A stretch of DNA of 64,000 bases, taken from positions 8,370,001 to 8,434,000 of the forward strand of contig NC_043024.1 of the NCBI RefSeq assembly GCF_006345805.1, written 5' to 3'. Shown one piece after another: positions 11,217 to 23,898 of this stretch. This DNA is from Octopus sinensis. Its lineage: Eukaryota. The notes below the pieces were generated by a model. The model saw only the letters and a program-made list of their open reading frames with translations, had not been told where the DNA came from and did no database searches. Numbering within the stretch: the first letter of the stretch is position 1; every line of letters starts with the position of its first letter. The translations under genes and the position numbers were made by a program.

Positions 11217-11256
11217 TATATATCGTTTGTGCCTCCACCATTATTATATATTATTA

Positions 11257-11298
<42 letters not shown>

Positions 11299-11561
11299 TA
11301 ATATAATATATATATAATATAATAGTATAATATAATATGTATCCTGTGTGTGTGTGTGTGCTTGTCTCTCGGCACCGCTTGCATTTACGTCCCTGAAACA
11401 TAGCGGTTCGGCAAAGTGGTCGATAGAACAGGTACCAGACACAAAAATTAGTACTGTTGTCGATTTGTTCGACTAACCCCCCCCCTTTTTTTTTTAGCAG
11501 TACCCCAGCTTGGCCGCTGCCCAATGGCTGAAACAAGCAAATAATATATACGTCACACAAA

Positions 11562-12254
11562 ATTTCGCCGAGGTCGACTTTGCCTTTCATCCTTTCGGGG
11601 GTCGATTAGATAAGTACCAGTTATGCACTGGGGTCGATGTAATCGACTTAATCCCTTTGTCTGTCCTTGTTTGTTCCCTCTGTGTTTAGCCCCTGTGGGG
11701 TAAGTAAAGAAACAGGTATTTCGTCTGCCGTACGTTTCTGAGTTCAAATTCCGCGAGGTCGACTTTGCCTTTCATCCTTTCGGGATCGATTAGATAAGTT
11801 ACCAGTTACGCACTGGGGTCGATTAATCGACTTAATCCCTTTGTCTGTCCTTGTTTGTTCCTTTGTGTTTAGCCCTGTGGGTAGTAAAGAAACAGGTATT
11901 TCGTCTGCCGTTACGTTTGAGTTCAAATTCCGCCGAGGTCGACTTTGCCTTTCATCCTTTCGGGATCGATTGATAAGTCAGTTAGCACTGGGGTCGATGT
12001 AATCGACTTAATCCCTTTGTCTGTCCTTTTGGTTCCCTCTGTGTTTAGCCCCTGTGGGTAGTAAAGAAACAGGTATTTCGTCTGCCGTTACGTTCTGAGT
12101 TCAAATTCCGCCGAGGTCGACTTTGCCTTTCATCCTTTCGGGATCGATTAGATAAGTACCAGTTATGCACTGGGGTCGATGTAATCGACTTAATCCTTTG
12201 TTTGTCCTTGTTTGTTCCCTCTGTGTTTAGCCCCTTGTGGGCAGTAAAGAAATA
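11562..12254 (+). repeat. Tandem array (4 units, ~180 bp) of headless SINE family B
   Basis: Repeated GGTATTTCGTCTGCCG...GAGTTCAAATTCC...GCCTTTCATCCTTTCGGG...AGTAAAGAAAC units. Confidence 0.9.
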
Positions 12255-12514
12255 CATATATATACGTCACACGTACACACACGCACGCACACAGCATCCA
12301 CGCCTACGTAAATGTATGCGTGTGTGCACACACCTGTCTAAATATGATTTATTATAACATGTTGGTCACACGTTTTTAGAACTGTTTTTCCTGTGAGCAG
12401 AGGCGTTGGTCGTAGAAATGATGCGAGCCTAATAAGCTGTTTGACCGCGGAGGATGGCAAACTGAGTAGGCTTGGGTAGAATTTGAACCCAGAACCTAAC
12501 AGGAACATTAATTA

Positions 12515-12560
<46 letters not shown>

Positions 12561-12966
12561 GAAATAAGGCGACCGCTTAAATACACTTTTAGTTATTCGT
12601 CCGTCTCTGTCTCATGCCTTCCTTTGCACGTGTCGAGAACACACGAGCCTCTGCTACTACGTTGCCGTTTGACCTGGCTAGAAATAGCAGCCAAACCTAG
12701 TATCGTAAGCAGGCAAGGACATGTGTAGTATAAGACCTAAATACGCATTATGTATGTATGTGATTGTATGTATGTATGTATGTATGTATGATTGTATGTA
12801 TGTATGTGTGTGTGTGTGTGGTGTGTGTGTGTGTGTGTATGAGGTCGACTTTGCCTTTCATCCTTTCGGGGTCGATTAAATAAGTACCAGTAACGCACTG
12901 GGGTCGATATAATCGACTTAATCCGTCTGTCTGTCCCCTGTGTTTAACCCCTTGTGGGTAGTAAAG

Positions 12967-12996
<30 letters not shown>

Positions 12997-12999
<3 letters not shown>

Positions 13000-13145
13000 G
13001 GGGAATGCGGGTTTATGGGATTATCTTAGGTTTCCATAAAGGTCCATAAAGGGTTTAGCCTTATGGCATAGCGTCAGATCCCGAAAACCTGTTGGCCCAT
13101 GGCCTCTTAAAAATAAGGTAGTCCCATAAACCGGCCCTCCCCATT
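12997..13145. repeat. Small element with imperfect ~32-bp terminal inverted repeats, in a (TA)n context
   Basis: AATGGGGAATGCGGGTTTATGGGATTATCTTA versus the reverse complement of TAAGGTAGTCCCATAAACCGGCCCTCCCCATT. Confidence 0.6.
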
Positions 13146-13455
13146 TTTAATATATACTGCTTTATTTCACAGAGTGTGCTTCGTTCCGATTTATATATAT
13201 TTTTTGCAAACGTTATATATATATATATATATGTCGATTCACCAGAAGCGATAAATTGCATGACTCAAATCAAATGTAGAGTATTTTTTAAAGTATATTA
13301 TAACTGCGAAAGGCTCCGATTTTCAGTACTCATATTTTCATGCTTCAAAAAAAATATTCAGACAATGGATATTCAGAAGAAAACCAGTCTTGGTCTACCA
13401 GATAATGGTCAGAAACGAATAACTCTGAATACTGGAAACCAGAACCTTACAGTTT

Positions 13456-13489
<34 letters not shown>

Positions 13490-13580
13490 TTTATGAATTT
13501 GTGTTGCAAGATTCCTGATGTGAAGACGTGTGTTGAAACAGATATTGTATTTCTGGATGGTCATTTGGGAAAAAAAAAAC

Positions 13581-13618
<38 letters not shown>

Positions 13619-13653
13619 ACACATATATATATGTATATGTATGTGCAGCACAG

Positions 13654-13708
13654 AATTTTGTCAGTGAACAGGTCGCCGACTCAAAGCGACGAAAATATTT
13701 TGACAATT
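13654..13708 (+). ncRNA. Candidate type I hammerhead ribozyme, G3-C8 variant core
   Basis: Stem I TTGTCA/TGACAA; core GTGAACA(+G); stem II GTCGC/GCGAC; GAA; stem III AA(TA)TT palindromic; UUU cleavage triplet. Confidence 0.5.
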
Positions 13709-13785
13709 TAAATTTAAAATGCTGAAGTGAATCTAACGGTTTATGTGTGTTTCTTAAATGGCTTATAAACACCTTCCACGCTGCA

Positions 13786-13827
<42 letters not shown>

Positions 13828-13887
13828 CATACATACATACATACATACATAACACAAGTGGAGTTGTAGGTGCCGCACGAGTGGAAT

Positions 13888-13956
13888 TATATATGAAAGA
13901 AGGTTTGAAAATGCAATTTTACATCTCTTCAAAATTGCATTTTCAAACCTTCTTTC

Positions 13957-13963
<7 letters not shown>
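13888..13963. repeat. Perfect 33-bp hairpin, 10-nt loop
   Basis: 13888-13920 is the exact reverse complement of 13931-13963. Confidence 0.95.
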
Positions 13964-14005
<42 letters not shown>

Positions 14006-14341
14006 GTGGAGCTCTAGTGATTCATCACAAGCGATGAATTACGGTACTGTATAGAGATGTAGAATATTCTTTAATACATTATACGGCTCCGATTTTCTGT
14101 ACTCGGAGTTTACTCATTTACGTTCATCAGCTGGTAAACCGAGTCTGGTTTTCTTTTCAAATATTCACTGCTCTGAATATATATATATATATATTTTTGG
14201 GGGGAAATATTAAATGAAAGTGTGAAGAAAACATTTATATACTTGATGTGATGGTCACTGTCGGAATTTTATTTTTTATTTTTATTGTCGAATCGCTCGA
14301 TTTAAGCTAAACTGGGGCTTCACACCCTCGTCTCTGTGTAG

Positions 14342-14388
14342 GGGCGTATGTAAATCCAAAGATGCTGTTTTCGATAAAGCAAAGAACG
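14342..14388 (+). other. Candidate 47-nt exon (unassigned)
   Basis: CTTCACACCCTCGTCTCTGTGTAG acceptor and ACG|GTGGGT donor in unique DNA; two frames open (GVCKSKDAVFDKAKN / AYVNPKMLFSIKQRT); no homology recognised. Confidence 0.25.
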
Positions 14389-14583
14389 GTGGGTGGAATT
14401 TGCGATATAGACACTACACAAAACATAAAAATCAATCAATTAATCGATCTAGCAATCCATAAACTACTACCAATATTTATATAATTACTCCACGTAAAAG
14501 AGAGGAGAGAGAGAGAGAGATCGAAAGAGATGGAAGGTGGCTAGTTGAGTCCACTGTAGCCAGTTGTAGCCATTTTCAGTCAA

Positions 14584-15120
14584 TTTGCATTACTAAGAAC
14601 CTCACGACGTGGTCACTGTGCTTGCTAGAAACAACAGCCAATTTGTCTTCAGATCACAGATTTTATGTAATAAAAAAAACAAACAAAAGCGAAAAAGATG
14701 GATTGGTCATGGTTGGGATTCGTTTGATAATATGTCTGCTTAATAAGAGTACGTTTGCATTACTAAGAACCTCACGACGTGGTCACTATGCTTGCTAGAA
14801 ACAACAGCCAATTTGCCTTCAGATCACAGATTTTTATGTTATAAAAACAAACGAAAAGATGTGTTGGTCATGGTTGGGATTATTTTGATTAATATGTCTG
14901 CTTAATAAGAGTAGTCCATATTAAGGTTTTTTGATAATATGTCTGCTTAATAAGAGTAGTCCAACCTCACGACGTGGTCACTATGCTTGCTAGAAACACC
15001 AGCCAATTTGCCTTCAGATCACAGATTTTTATGTTATAAAAAAACAAACAAAAGCGAAAAAGATGGATTGGTCATGGTTGGGATTCGTTTGATAATATAT
15101 CTGCTCGATAAGAGTAGTCC
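14584..15120. repeat. Tandem triplication of a ~170-bp repeat-tail unit
   Basis: AACCTCACGACGTGGTCACT...GCTAGAAAC...TTGGTCATGGTTGGGATT...AATAAGAGTA occurs three times. Confidence 0.85.
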
Positions 15121-15451
15121 TGGGAGTAGGTTTTCTTGGGGGGTGGGGTCGTTTAATCTACAGGACTTTAGAATGCCCTTCAAGGAGGCGTGAATATTAT
15201 ATACCTAGTTTTTCTTTTGCCTTTCGCCCGTGTAGGCGATTTTTCTTCCTTCGTTGTTAGAAGCGACTGACACGTTCTCACAGATAATCTACACACCGTG
15301 TTTTGTTTGTATAGGTTACGTACGTATGTATGTACTGTGTATATGTATGTGTATCTGTGTGTGTGTGTGTGTGTAACATGTTAATCTGCGTAGGTGTTTG
15401 AAGATACATCGAGAATTGGCAACCGCTGCTATGCTTTTTACTTGATTATAT

Positions 15452-15454
<3 letters not shown>

Positions 15455-15499
<45 letters not shown>

Positions 15500-15567
15500 A
15501 ACAAGAAGGGTAGTAATATTATTTACTACCAGGTGCCCAGCACAAAAGACGAATTAGTCATAAGACA

Positions 15568-15600
<33 letters not shown>

Positions 15601-15896
15601 CAACACATACACACAATATATAATATATATAATATATAATATATATATATACACACATATACATACATACACACATATATATATATATATATTTACACAC
15701 ACACATATATATATACACACACACACATATATATACACACCTACATATATATACACACACACATACATATATATACCACACACACATATATATATATACA
15801 CACATACACACATATATATATACACACACACATACATATATATATACATACACACATATATATATACACACACACATATAGCTATATATACATATA

Positions 15897-15932
<36 letters not shown>

Positions 15933-15960
15933 CGCACACATATACACACACGTGTGTGTG
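15455..15960. repeat. Compound (TA)/(CA) microsatellite
   Basis: Direct inspection. Confidence 0.9.
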
Positions 15961-16479
15961 TTTGGTTGCGTCCGTGTGTGAGTATATGTATCTATGTTCG
16001 TGTGCTTAGATGTTTGTGCGCGCATGTTGTGTGTATCTGTCCGTGTGTTTATATGTGTGTATGTACATCACCCAGATTGCACTGTGGGACGTTCCGTCTA
16101 TCGACTGTCGACTAGAGAGAGATTAACAATGATCTCGAAACCGAGTTTCATTGATGCTAACCCAAGCACTGAAAGATTCGCAGGTCCTTCCCGGCCCTCT
16201 GTGTTGTATGTAGCCCTTATAACGATTTCAAATTTTGGCACCAGGCCAATAATTTCAGGGGAGGAGATAAGTCGATTAGATGTGAGTAGCCACGTAGATT
16301 CCCTCATCAAGAACCTCTCGGACCCCTCACCCTCATATCCGTAATCCTTTGAACTGTACGGTGATCTCAATAGTGCAGGTGACACGAAAAATCGCACCCA
16401 GTCCACACTATAAAGCGGTTGGTGTTAGGAAGGGCACCCAACCGTAGAAACTACTGGAGCACGACGCACTTTTGGACAC

Positions 16480-16870
16480 GTCGGATCCTGTCAATGCGTG
16501 CCAACAAGAAAGGCGGCGAGCTGGCAGAATCGTTAGCATGCCGGGCGAAATGCGTAGCCGTATTTCGTCTGCCGTTACGTTCTGAGTTCAAATTCCGCCG
16601 AGGTCGACTTTGCCTTTCATCCTTTCGGGGTCGATTAAATAAGTACCAGTGACGCACTGGGATCGATATAATCGACTTAATCCGTTTGTCTCTCCTTGTT
16701 TGTCCCCTCTCTGTGTAGCCCCTTGTGCAGTAAAGAAATAAGAAACGTTAGCACGCCGGGCGAAATGCTTAGCGGTATTTCGTCTGCTGCTACATTCTAA
16801 GTTCAAATTCCGCCGAGGTCGACTTTGCTTTTCATCCTTTCGGGGTCGATAACTTATGTACCTGTTGCGT
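16480..16870 (+). mobile_element. SINE family B, full copy plus tandem partial
   Basis: Head GGCGGCGAGCTGGCAGAATCGTTAGC (A-box-like), GAGTTCAAATTCC (B-box-like), central GCCTTTCATCCTTTCGGGGTCGAT block. Confidence 0.85.
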
Positions 16871-17851
16871 ACTGAGATCGATATAATCGACTGGTCCCCC
16901 CTCCATAAAAAATTTCCGGCCTTGTGCCAGCAAGAAACATAGACGTTAAATGATGATGATATATTTTATCATCTTGTCAGCTATCGGACTGTGGCCATGC
17001 TGGAGCATCACGAACGGTTTAGTCAAACATATCAGCCCTTGTACTTATTTTAAAGTCTTTTCCTGAAGTCTATCGCATCGCGGTCCGACTCTATTATACA
17101 TTCTGAGTTCGAATCCTATTGAGGTCAGCTTTGCCCTCCATGCATTCGGAAATCTATAAACTACAGTACCAGTGAAATACTGGTGTCTACGGTGACGACT
17201 ATTCTCCTCACTTCTGAAAACCGCTGGTCCTTTACTGAAATTAGAAACCACTTCGCTCGCGTGGGACACATACACGCCCGCCTGCTTGTAATGTGGGTAA
17301 GAAATATGCTTACTGTACACGTGGTTCCGGGTTCAGTCCCACGGCATGGTAACTGGGACATGTCTTCTACAAAAGCCCCAAACCGTCCAGAGCCTTGTAA
17401 GTGGATTTGGCAGATGGAAACTGAAAGAAGGCCGTCGTATTTATGTAGATCTCTGTTTGGGTTTGTCCTCCACCACCGCTTAAAAATTAGCGTTAGTTTG
17501 TTTCTGTCTCCGTGACTTAGCGGTTCGGCTAAAAAACCCGATACAATAAGTACAAGACTTTAAAAAAAAAAAAAAATAAACGTCTACTGGAGTCGAGTTG
17601 TTCGATTAAACACTTCAGGGCGGTGTCCGGCATGGACACAGTCCAGTGGCTAAAATGAATAAAATATTTTCATTCTGAGTTCACGATTTGTTCGACTAAA
17701 AACCCTTCAAAGACGGTGCCCCAGCATGGCCCCAGCCAAATGCCTGAAACAGACAAAAGAATATATATATATATATACACACACATACATACATATAAAC
17801 TATTTAGTTATCAATCTAAATAAGAAAGCTTGCCTTATGTTTGTCTTCGTC

Positions 17852-17894
<43 letters not shown>

Positions 17895-17913
17895 ATATAT
17901 ATACGTATGTATG

Positions 17914-17946
<33 letters not shown>

Positions 17947-17984
17947 TATATACGTATGTATGTATATATATATAATATATATCG

Positions 17985-18192
17985 TATGTAGTATTATATA
18001 TATATATATATATACGTATTTATGTATATATATATATATATACGTATTTATATATATATATATATATATACGTATTTATGTATATATATATATATATACG
18101 TATTTATGTATATATATATATATATACGTATTTATGTATATATATATATATATACGTATTTATGTATATATATATATATATACGTATTTATG

Positions 18193-18218
<26 letters not shown>
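17985..18218. repeat. Minisatellite (TA)n-CGTATTTATG, ~24-28-bp unit
   Basis: About 8 consecutive units. Confidence 0.9.
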
Positions 18219-18223
<5 letters not shown>

Positions 18224-18825
18224 ATCGGGAGGTTTGTTTATTTGTTTGGCTTATTTACCTCCACAACTATTTTTTGTTTTTTGTGGCCTGAACTATCGAT
18301 AATGGACTGGAATTTTCGAGTGTGTGTGCGTAAATATCTCTTCTGTATGATGTGTGTGTGTGTGTGTATATATATATACATATATATATTAGAAGGTTTG
18401 GAGATGATGTACAGGTATTATATATTAGAAGAAATGAGGTATTCAGAAATCCGAATGGTTTTATATTTACAGATATTTATTACTATGTTACATGTTTTTA
18501 TAAATCATATATCATAGCTTTCGTCCACTCTAGTGTACACAATATGTAGTGTGTGTATATATATATATATATATATAACCTAAAGCCGAAGTCGACTTTG
18601 CCTTTTATCCTTTCGGGGTCGATAAATTAAGTACCAGTTTCGCACTGGGGATCGATGTAATCGACTTAATCCCTTTGTCTGTCCTTGTTTTCCCCCTCTA
18701 TGTTTAGCCCCTAGTGGGCAGTAAAGAAATATATATATATATATATATAACCTAAATTTTATTAGCAATGCTTCCCCGAAATTCTTGAGTAAGGGGTTTG
18801 CAGAGGAGTTCAAATCAGTAGTAAT

Positions 18826-18864
<39 letters not shown>

Positions 18865-20519
18865 AAAGAGGGTCGGTCAGACACACCTTCAAGGACATTT
18901 TAGTGACATTAATGGAGAGACAGTGAAAATGTTTTTTGTTTTTGTTTTAACAACTGGGAAGCGAATGATGGATGGATGTCCGACTAAATCTGACTGAATC
19001 ACTTTCATCTTTTTACGTGTTGTTGTCATTTGACTGCGGCCTTGCTGGGGCAGCTCCTTGAAGGGTTTCGCCGAACAAATTTGACTCAGTGTTTTTTTTT
19101 TTTTACCTTCTAAGCCCGATACTTATTCTATCATCTCTTTTTGTCGAACTGCTGAGTTACGAAGACGTAAACAAAGCAACACCGGTTGCCAAGCAGCAGT
19201 GAGACACAAACACACACACACACACACACACGTATTTTTCTGACATGCCTCAGTCGTTAGACTGCGGTCATGATAGGGGCACATACGACTGGCTTCTTTC
19301 GGTTTCCGTCTATCAAATTCAATCGCAAGGTTTTGGTCGGCTTGGGTCTTATTGTAGAAAACACCACGCAGTGGGACTGAACTCGGAACCATGTGGTTGG
19401 AAAGCAAGCTTCTTAACCACACAGCTACGCCTGCTCCTGTGTTATTGCTGTTGTCCAGCCCCAGGTCGGTCAGACCTGCGATTGATGATCCATCCAAAGG
19501 TGCCCAAGTCGTGACCATCCTCCCTCATCCTTATATATATATATCGACCCCAGTGCGTAACTGGGTACTTAATTTATCGACCCCGAAAGGATGAAAGGCA
19601 AAGTCGACCTCGGCGGAATTCGAACTCGGAACGTAACGGCAGATGAAATACCTATTTCTTTACCTACTACCCAAGACCATCAGGTGCGATGTGAATCGAG
19701 GGAGATTTAGCTGCGGTTTTCTCGGAAGACCGTGTTTCTAGCCGACTACGCAAAGGCTCCCACGTCGACCTGGAGCGTGTAGCAGCAAGTAATAGCAGAT
19801 GTAGTAGTAGCAGTAGTAGTATTGCTAGTAGTAGTAATAGTGGTGGTGGTTACGGTTGTAGTAGTAGTGCTTCATCTGTGTGGAAGGGCACCTGAGTCAC
19901 ATGACAATGCAAAGCGATTAGTACAATGCTATGTAGGAATAAAACGCATAATAATGATAATAATAATGACAACGTTGACGGTAATTAATTATTTATAATG
20001 ATGAGGAATTTTTTGAAGATTTCAAACGTTAAAAGTACAAGGCGAGGAACGGTTTAAAAAAAATTTTTTTTTGCGAGTGAAACATTCGATTATATCGATA
20101 CCAGTTTACCTGATTGGTATTTTTTGATAGTCGATTTTTTTTTTTCTTTTCTCGATCGATCTCCCTTCGGAAGGACGAACGAGCAAAGTCGATCGACCTC
20201 GGCAAAGTATATCGAATTATATATTTTAATAAAAGGACGTAAAGTATACAAGACTAAAAACGCCGCTAAACGTTTCTCCTGACGTTCCACCGTAATCTAC
20301 TTAAATGATCTAATTACTAATACACCCCACCACCACCACCACGTCTAATTACACGTACATACGCGCGCACGGTTTTCTATCTATCTATCTATCTTTCTTT
20401 CCTTTTTACGATCCCTTTTGATCGAAGACCAACCCACTTTTTTTTTATCCCCAAAAAGAAAAGCTCTACCTTGTAATTTGTCCCGTCTGTGTGCAGCCCT
20501 GTGTGGCTAATAAAGAAAC

Positions 20520-20611
20520 ATTATCTATCTATCTACCTACCTAGTTACCTACCTATTTACCTACCTACCTACCTATCTATCTACGTATTTACCTACCTAC
20601 CTACCTACCTA

Positions 20612-20672
<61 letters not shown>

Positions 20673-20770
20673 CTCTACCTACCTATCTATCTATCTATCT
20701 CTCTACCTACCTATCTATCTACCTACCTATCTACCCACCTATCTACCTATCTATCTATCTATCTGTCTGT
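20520..20770. repeat. (CTAT/CTAC)n microsatellite
   Basis: Direct inspection. Confidence 0.95.
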
Positions 20771-21409
20771 CTCTGTCAACTAATTGGTGGTGGGTGAGCT
20801 CTTAAACGATAACGATTCATTCATGGAAAGTGGGGGTTATGTGATATTTATGCCTCTCCAGAGGTTATGGAGACAACACAAGCGGGACGTCGAAGGAAAC
20901 GAAAACTGCGCCATCGACAGGAAATCGAAATCTTTCTGCTTTTTACGTCACACAACTATAACAAAACCCACCACTAATGCCACGGCTTCCGTCTCCGCCG
21001 CCGCCGCCTACATCTCCACCACAACTTCCATCTCCACCACCATCGCCAATGCTACTGGGCCGACGCAATGGGGGGGGGATCGTCCATGGTTGCTCGACCT
21101 GCTAGAAATAGCAGCAAAATCTCACTCAAAGCCACACTCCATTTTGTATTGAATAAAGAAGTGGTGGGTGTGGTAGTAGGTGGGGGGGGTGCACATCAGA
21201 TAATGTATTACCACGTACTCTCCAAAAGACTGTTGCCTGATGCAGGCATGGTCTTGTGGTAAGAAGCCTACTTCTCAACCACATGGTTCCAGGTTCAGTC
21301 CCACTGCATGGCACCTTGGGCAAATGTCTTCTATAGCCTCAGGCCGACCAAAGGCTTGTGAATGGATTTGGTAGACAGAAACTGAAAGAAGCCTGTCATA
21401 TATATATAT

Positions 21410-21587
21410 GAGTGGCTGTGTGGTAAGTAGCTTGTTTACCAATCACATGGTTCCGGGTTCGGTCCCATTGCGTGGCACCTTGGGCAAGTGTCTTCTGTTA
21501 TAGCCCCGGGCCGACCAAAGCCTTGTGAGTGGATTTGGTAGACGGAAACTGAAAGAAGCCCGTCGTATATATGTATATATATGTGTG

Positions 21588-21618
<31 letters not shown>

Positions 21619-21848
21619 GTGTGTGTGTGCATGTGTGTTTGTATGTCTGTGTTTGTCCTCCAGCATCGCTTGACAACCGATGCTGGTGTGTTTATGTCCC
21701 CGTCACTTAGCGGTTCCGCAAAAGAGACCGATAGAATAAGTACTGGTCTTACAAAGAATAAGTCCCGGGGTCGAGTTGCTCAATTAAAGGCGGTGCTCCA
21801 GCATGGCCGCAATCAAATGACTGAAACAAGTAAAAGAGTAAAAGAGTA
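21410..21848 (+). mobile_element. SINE family A
   Basis: Near-complete family A body and GTAAAAGA tail. Confidence 0.9.
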
Positions 21849-21949
21849 TATATATATTCTTTTGTAAGCCCAGTACTTATTCTATCGGCCTCCTTTGCCG
21901 AACCTCTAAGTAATGGGGACATAAACACACCAGCATCAGTTGTCAAGCA

Positions 21950-21977
<28 letters not shown>

Positions 21978-21980
<3 letters not shown>

Positions 21981-22145
21981 ACGGGAAGCTTTATGAAAAT
22001 AGACAAAAGACGAAGGCAGGTGGAAAAACAAACAAACAATTGTATTAGTATGGCGCTCAGGAAATATAAATTAAAACAAGTCTTTAACGTTTCGAGCCTA
22101 CGCTCTTCAACAGAAAGATACACAGAGAGAAAAAACACAGAAAGA
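21978..22145 (-). mobile_element. Dispersed copy of the HHR-bearing ~205-bp unit
   Basis: Minus strand TCTTT-CTGTTGA-A-GAGCGTAGGCTC-GAAACG-TT-AAAGA (22084-22118); the rest matches the 5759-6546 unit. Confidence 0.75.
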
Positions 22146-22239
22146 AGGATATATATATATAGTATATATATTTATATATATATATATATATTAATATATA
22201 TATATATATATATATAATATATATATATATAGAGAAGAT

Positions 22240-22293
<54 letters not shown>

Positions 22294-22749
22294 AATAAGA
22301 AAATGGAGGGGATCAATAGGTGGTATTCATCAACTTTTTAGACATATTATGTCAATTTATTTATTTACTAAAAGGACAATTATAACAATATACATACATG
22401 TATAACATGTTATGCTTTACACACACATTATATAAAGAGCTATTACTATAAGTAAATACCTCATGCTGTAATGGGACTCTAAAGTCTTATTTATAGTAAT
22501 AGCCCTTAATATAATTAATTTATTCATATTTAAAGATAAATTATATACTTTGTATTAATTTTTTCCTAAACTGGTTTGTCATGCTGGCTACTTGATAAAT
22601 TCTTATATAGATTTTATTTTATATTTTATATATATATATATATAATCAACCGATAAGGGTGAGAAAATTGGGTACTAATTTAATAGCACATCCATTTACC
22701 ACCAAGTGGCTTAGTGCATAAAAAACCCGGATTACGACACATTTTATAC

Positions 22750-22858
22750 ATAAATATGAGAGTGACCACCATGTGGTCTACTCTACACTAAAAATAGATG
22801 CGTAAGGATCTATTTTTTGTGCTCGAGTAGACCGCATGGTGGTCACTCATTTATATTT
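22750..22858. repeat. Imperfect hairpin element (~45-bp arms)
   Basis: GAGTGACCACCATGTGGTCTACTC...AAAAATAGAT / ATCTATTTTT...GAGTAGACCGCATGGTGGTCACTC. Confidence 0.8.
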
Positions 22859-22891
22859 TATATATATAATATATTATATATATATACACAT

Positions 22892-22940
<49 letters not shown>

Positions 22941-23059
22941 GTGTGTGTGTTTGGTGTCTGTATTTGTCCTCCACAATTGCTTGACAACTGATGTTGGTTT
23001 GTTTACATCCCTGTAACTTAGCGGTTTAGCAAAAAAAAGAGCCCAATAGAATGTCTTTA

Positions 23060-23465
23060 GTCTTTTACTTGTTTCAGTCATTTGACTGCGGCCATGCTGG
23101 AGCACCGCCTTTAGTCGAGCAATTCGACCCCGGGACTTATTCTTTTGTAAGCCCAGTACTTATTCTATCGGTCTCTTTTTGCCGAACCGCTAAGTGACGG
23201 GGACATAAACACACCAGCATCGATTGTCAAGCAATGCTAGGGGGATTAACACAGACACACATACATACACGCACACACACACACATATATATATATACAT
23301 ATATACGGTGGGCTTCTTTCAGTTTCCGTCTACCAAATCCACTCACAAGGCTTTGGTTGGCCTGAAGCTATAGTAGAAGACACTTGCCCAAGGTGCCACA
23401 CAGTGGGACTGAACTCGGAACCATGTGGTTCGTAAGCAAGCTACTTACTACACAGCCACTCCTAC
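23060..23465 (-). mobile_element. SINE family A
   Basis: Complete reverse-complement copy. Confidence 0.9.
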
Positions 23466-23473
23466 CTTGTATG

Positions 23474-23507
<34 letters not shown>

Positions 23508-23898
23508 TTATATATATATATATATATATAGTCTGTGTTTGTCCTCCACCATTGCTTGACAACTGATGTTGGTTTGTGTACATCCCTGTAACTTAGCAGT
23601 TTAGCAAAAAGAGCCCAATAGAATAAGTACCAGGCTTTACAAAAAATAAACCCTGAGCTTGATTTGTCTAACTAAAACCCTTCAAGGCTCTGCCCCAGCA
23701 AAGATAAAAGACAATAGATACAAATAAAATAAAAGATGAAAGGCAATGGGTGCAAATCCACTCCCAAACACACAAGAATCTCCGGTTCCCACAGACATGC
23801 TGTCTCTCCTTTCTCCTTAGTATTTTTATTGCTATTCCAATGACCTCTGCTTCTCAGAATTTTTATTGGTTTTTTACCACCTCTACTCAATTACTCTT

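Noticed and set aside
13520-13560. CTGATGTGAAGAC...GTTGAAAC motif
   Set aside because: Core spacing is wrong, and the related copy at ~54940 lacks GAAA.
15994-16406. Overlapping ORFs of 102-116 aa in CpG-rich DNA
   Set aside because: No recognisable domain; interrupted by a SINE-B tail fragment at ~16230-16290.
20784-21152. 122-aa ORF with Thr/Ala-rich tail
   Set aside because: All frames are open over a short stretch, the tail is low-complexity (CCA/CCG repeats), and the end lies in a repeat; no homology recognised.
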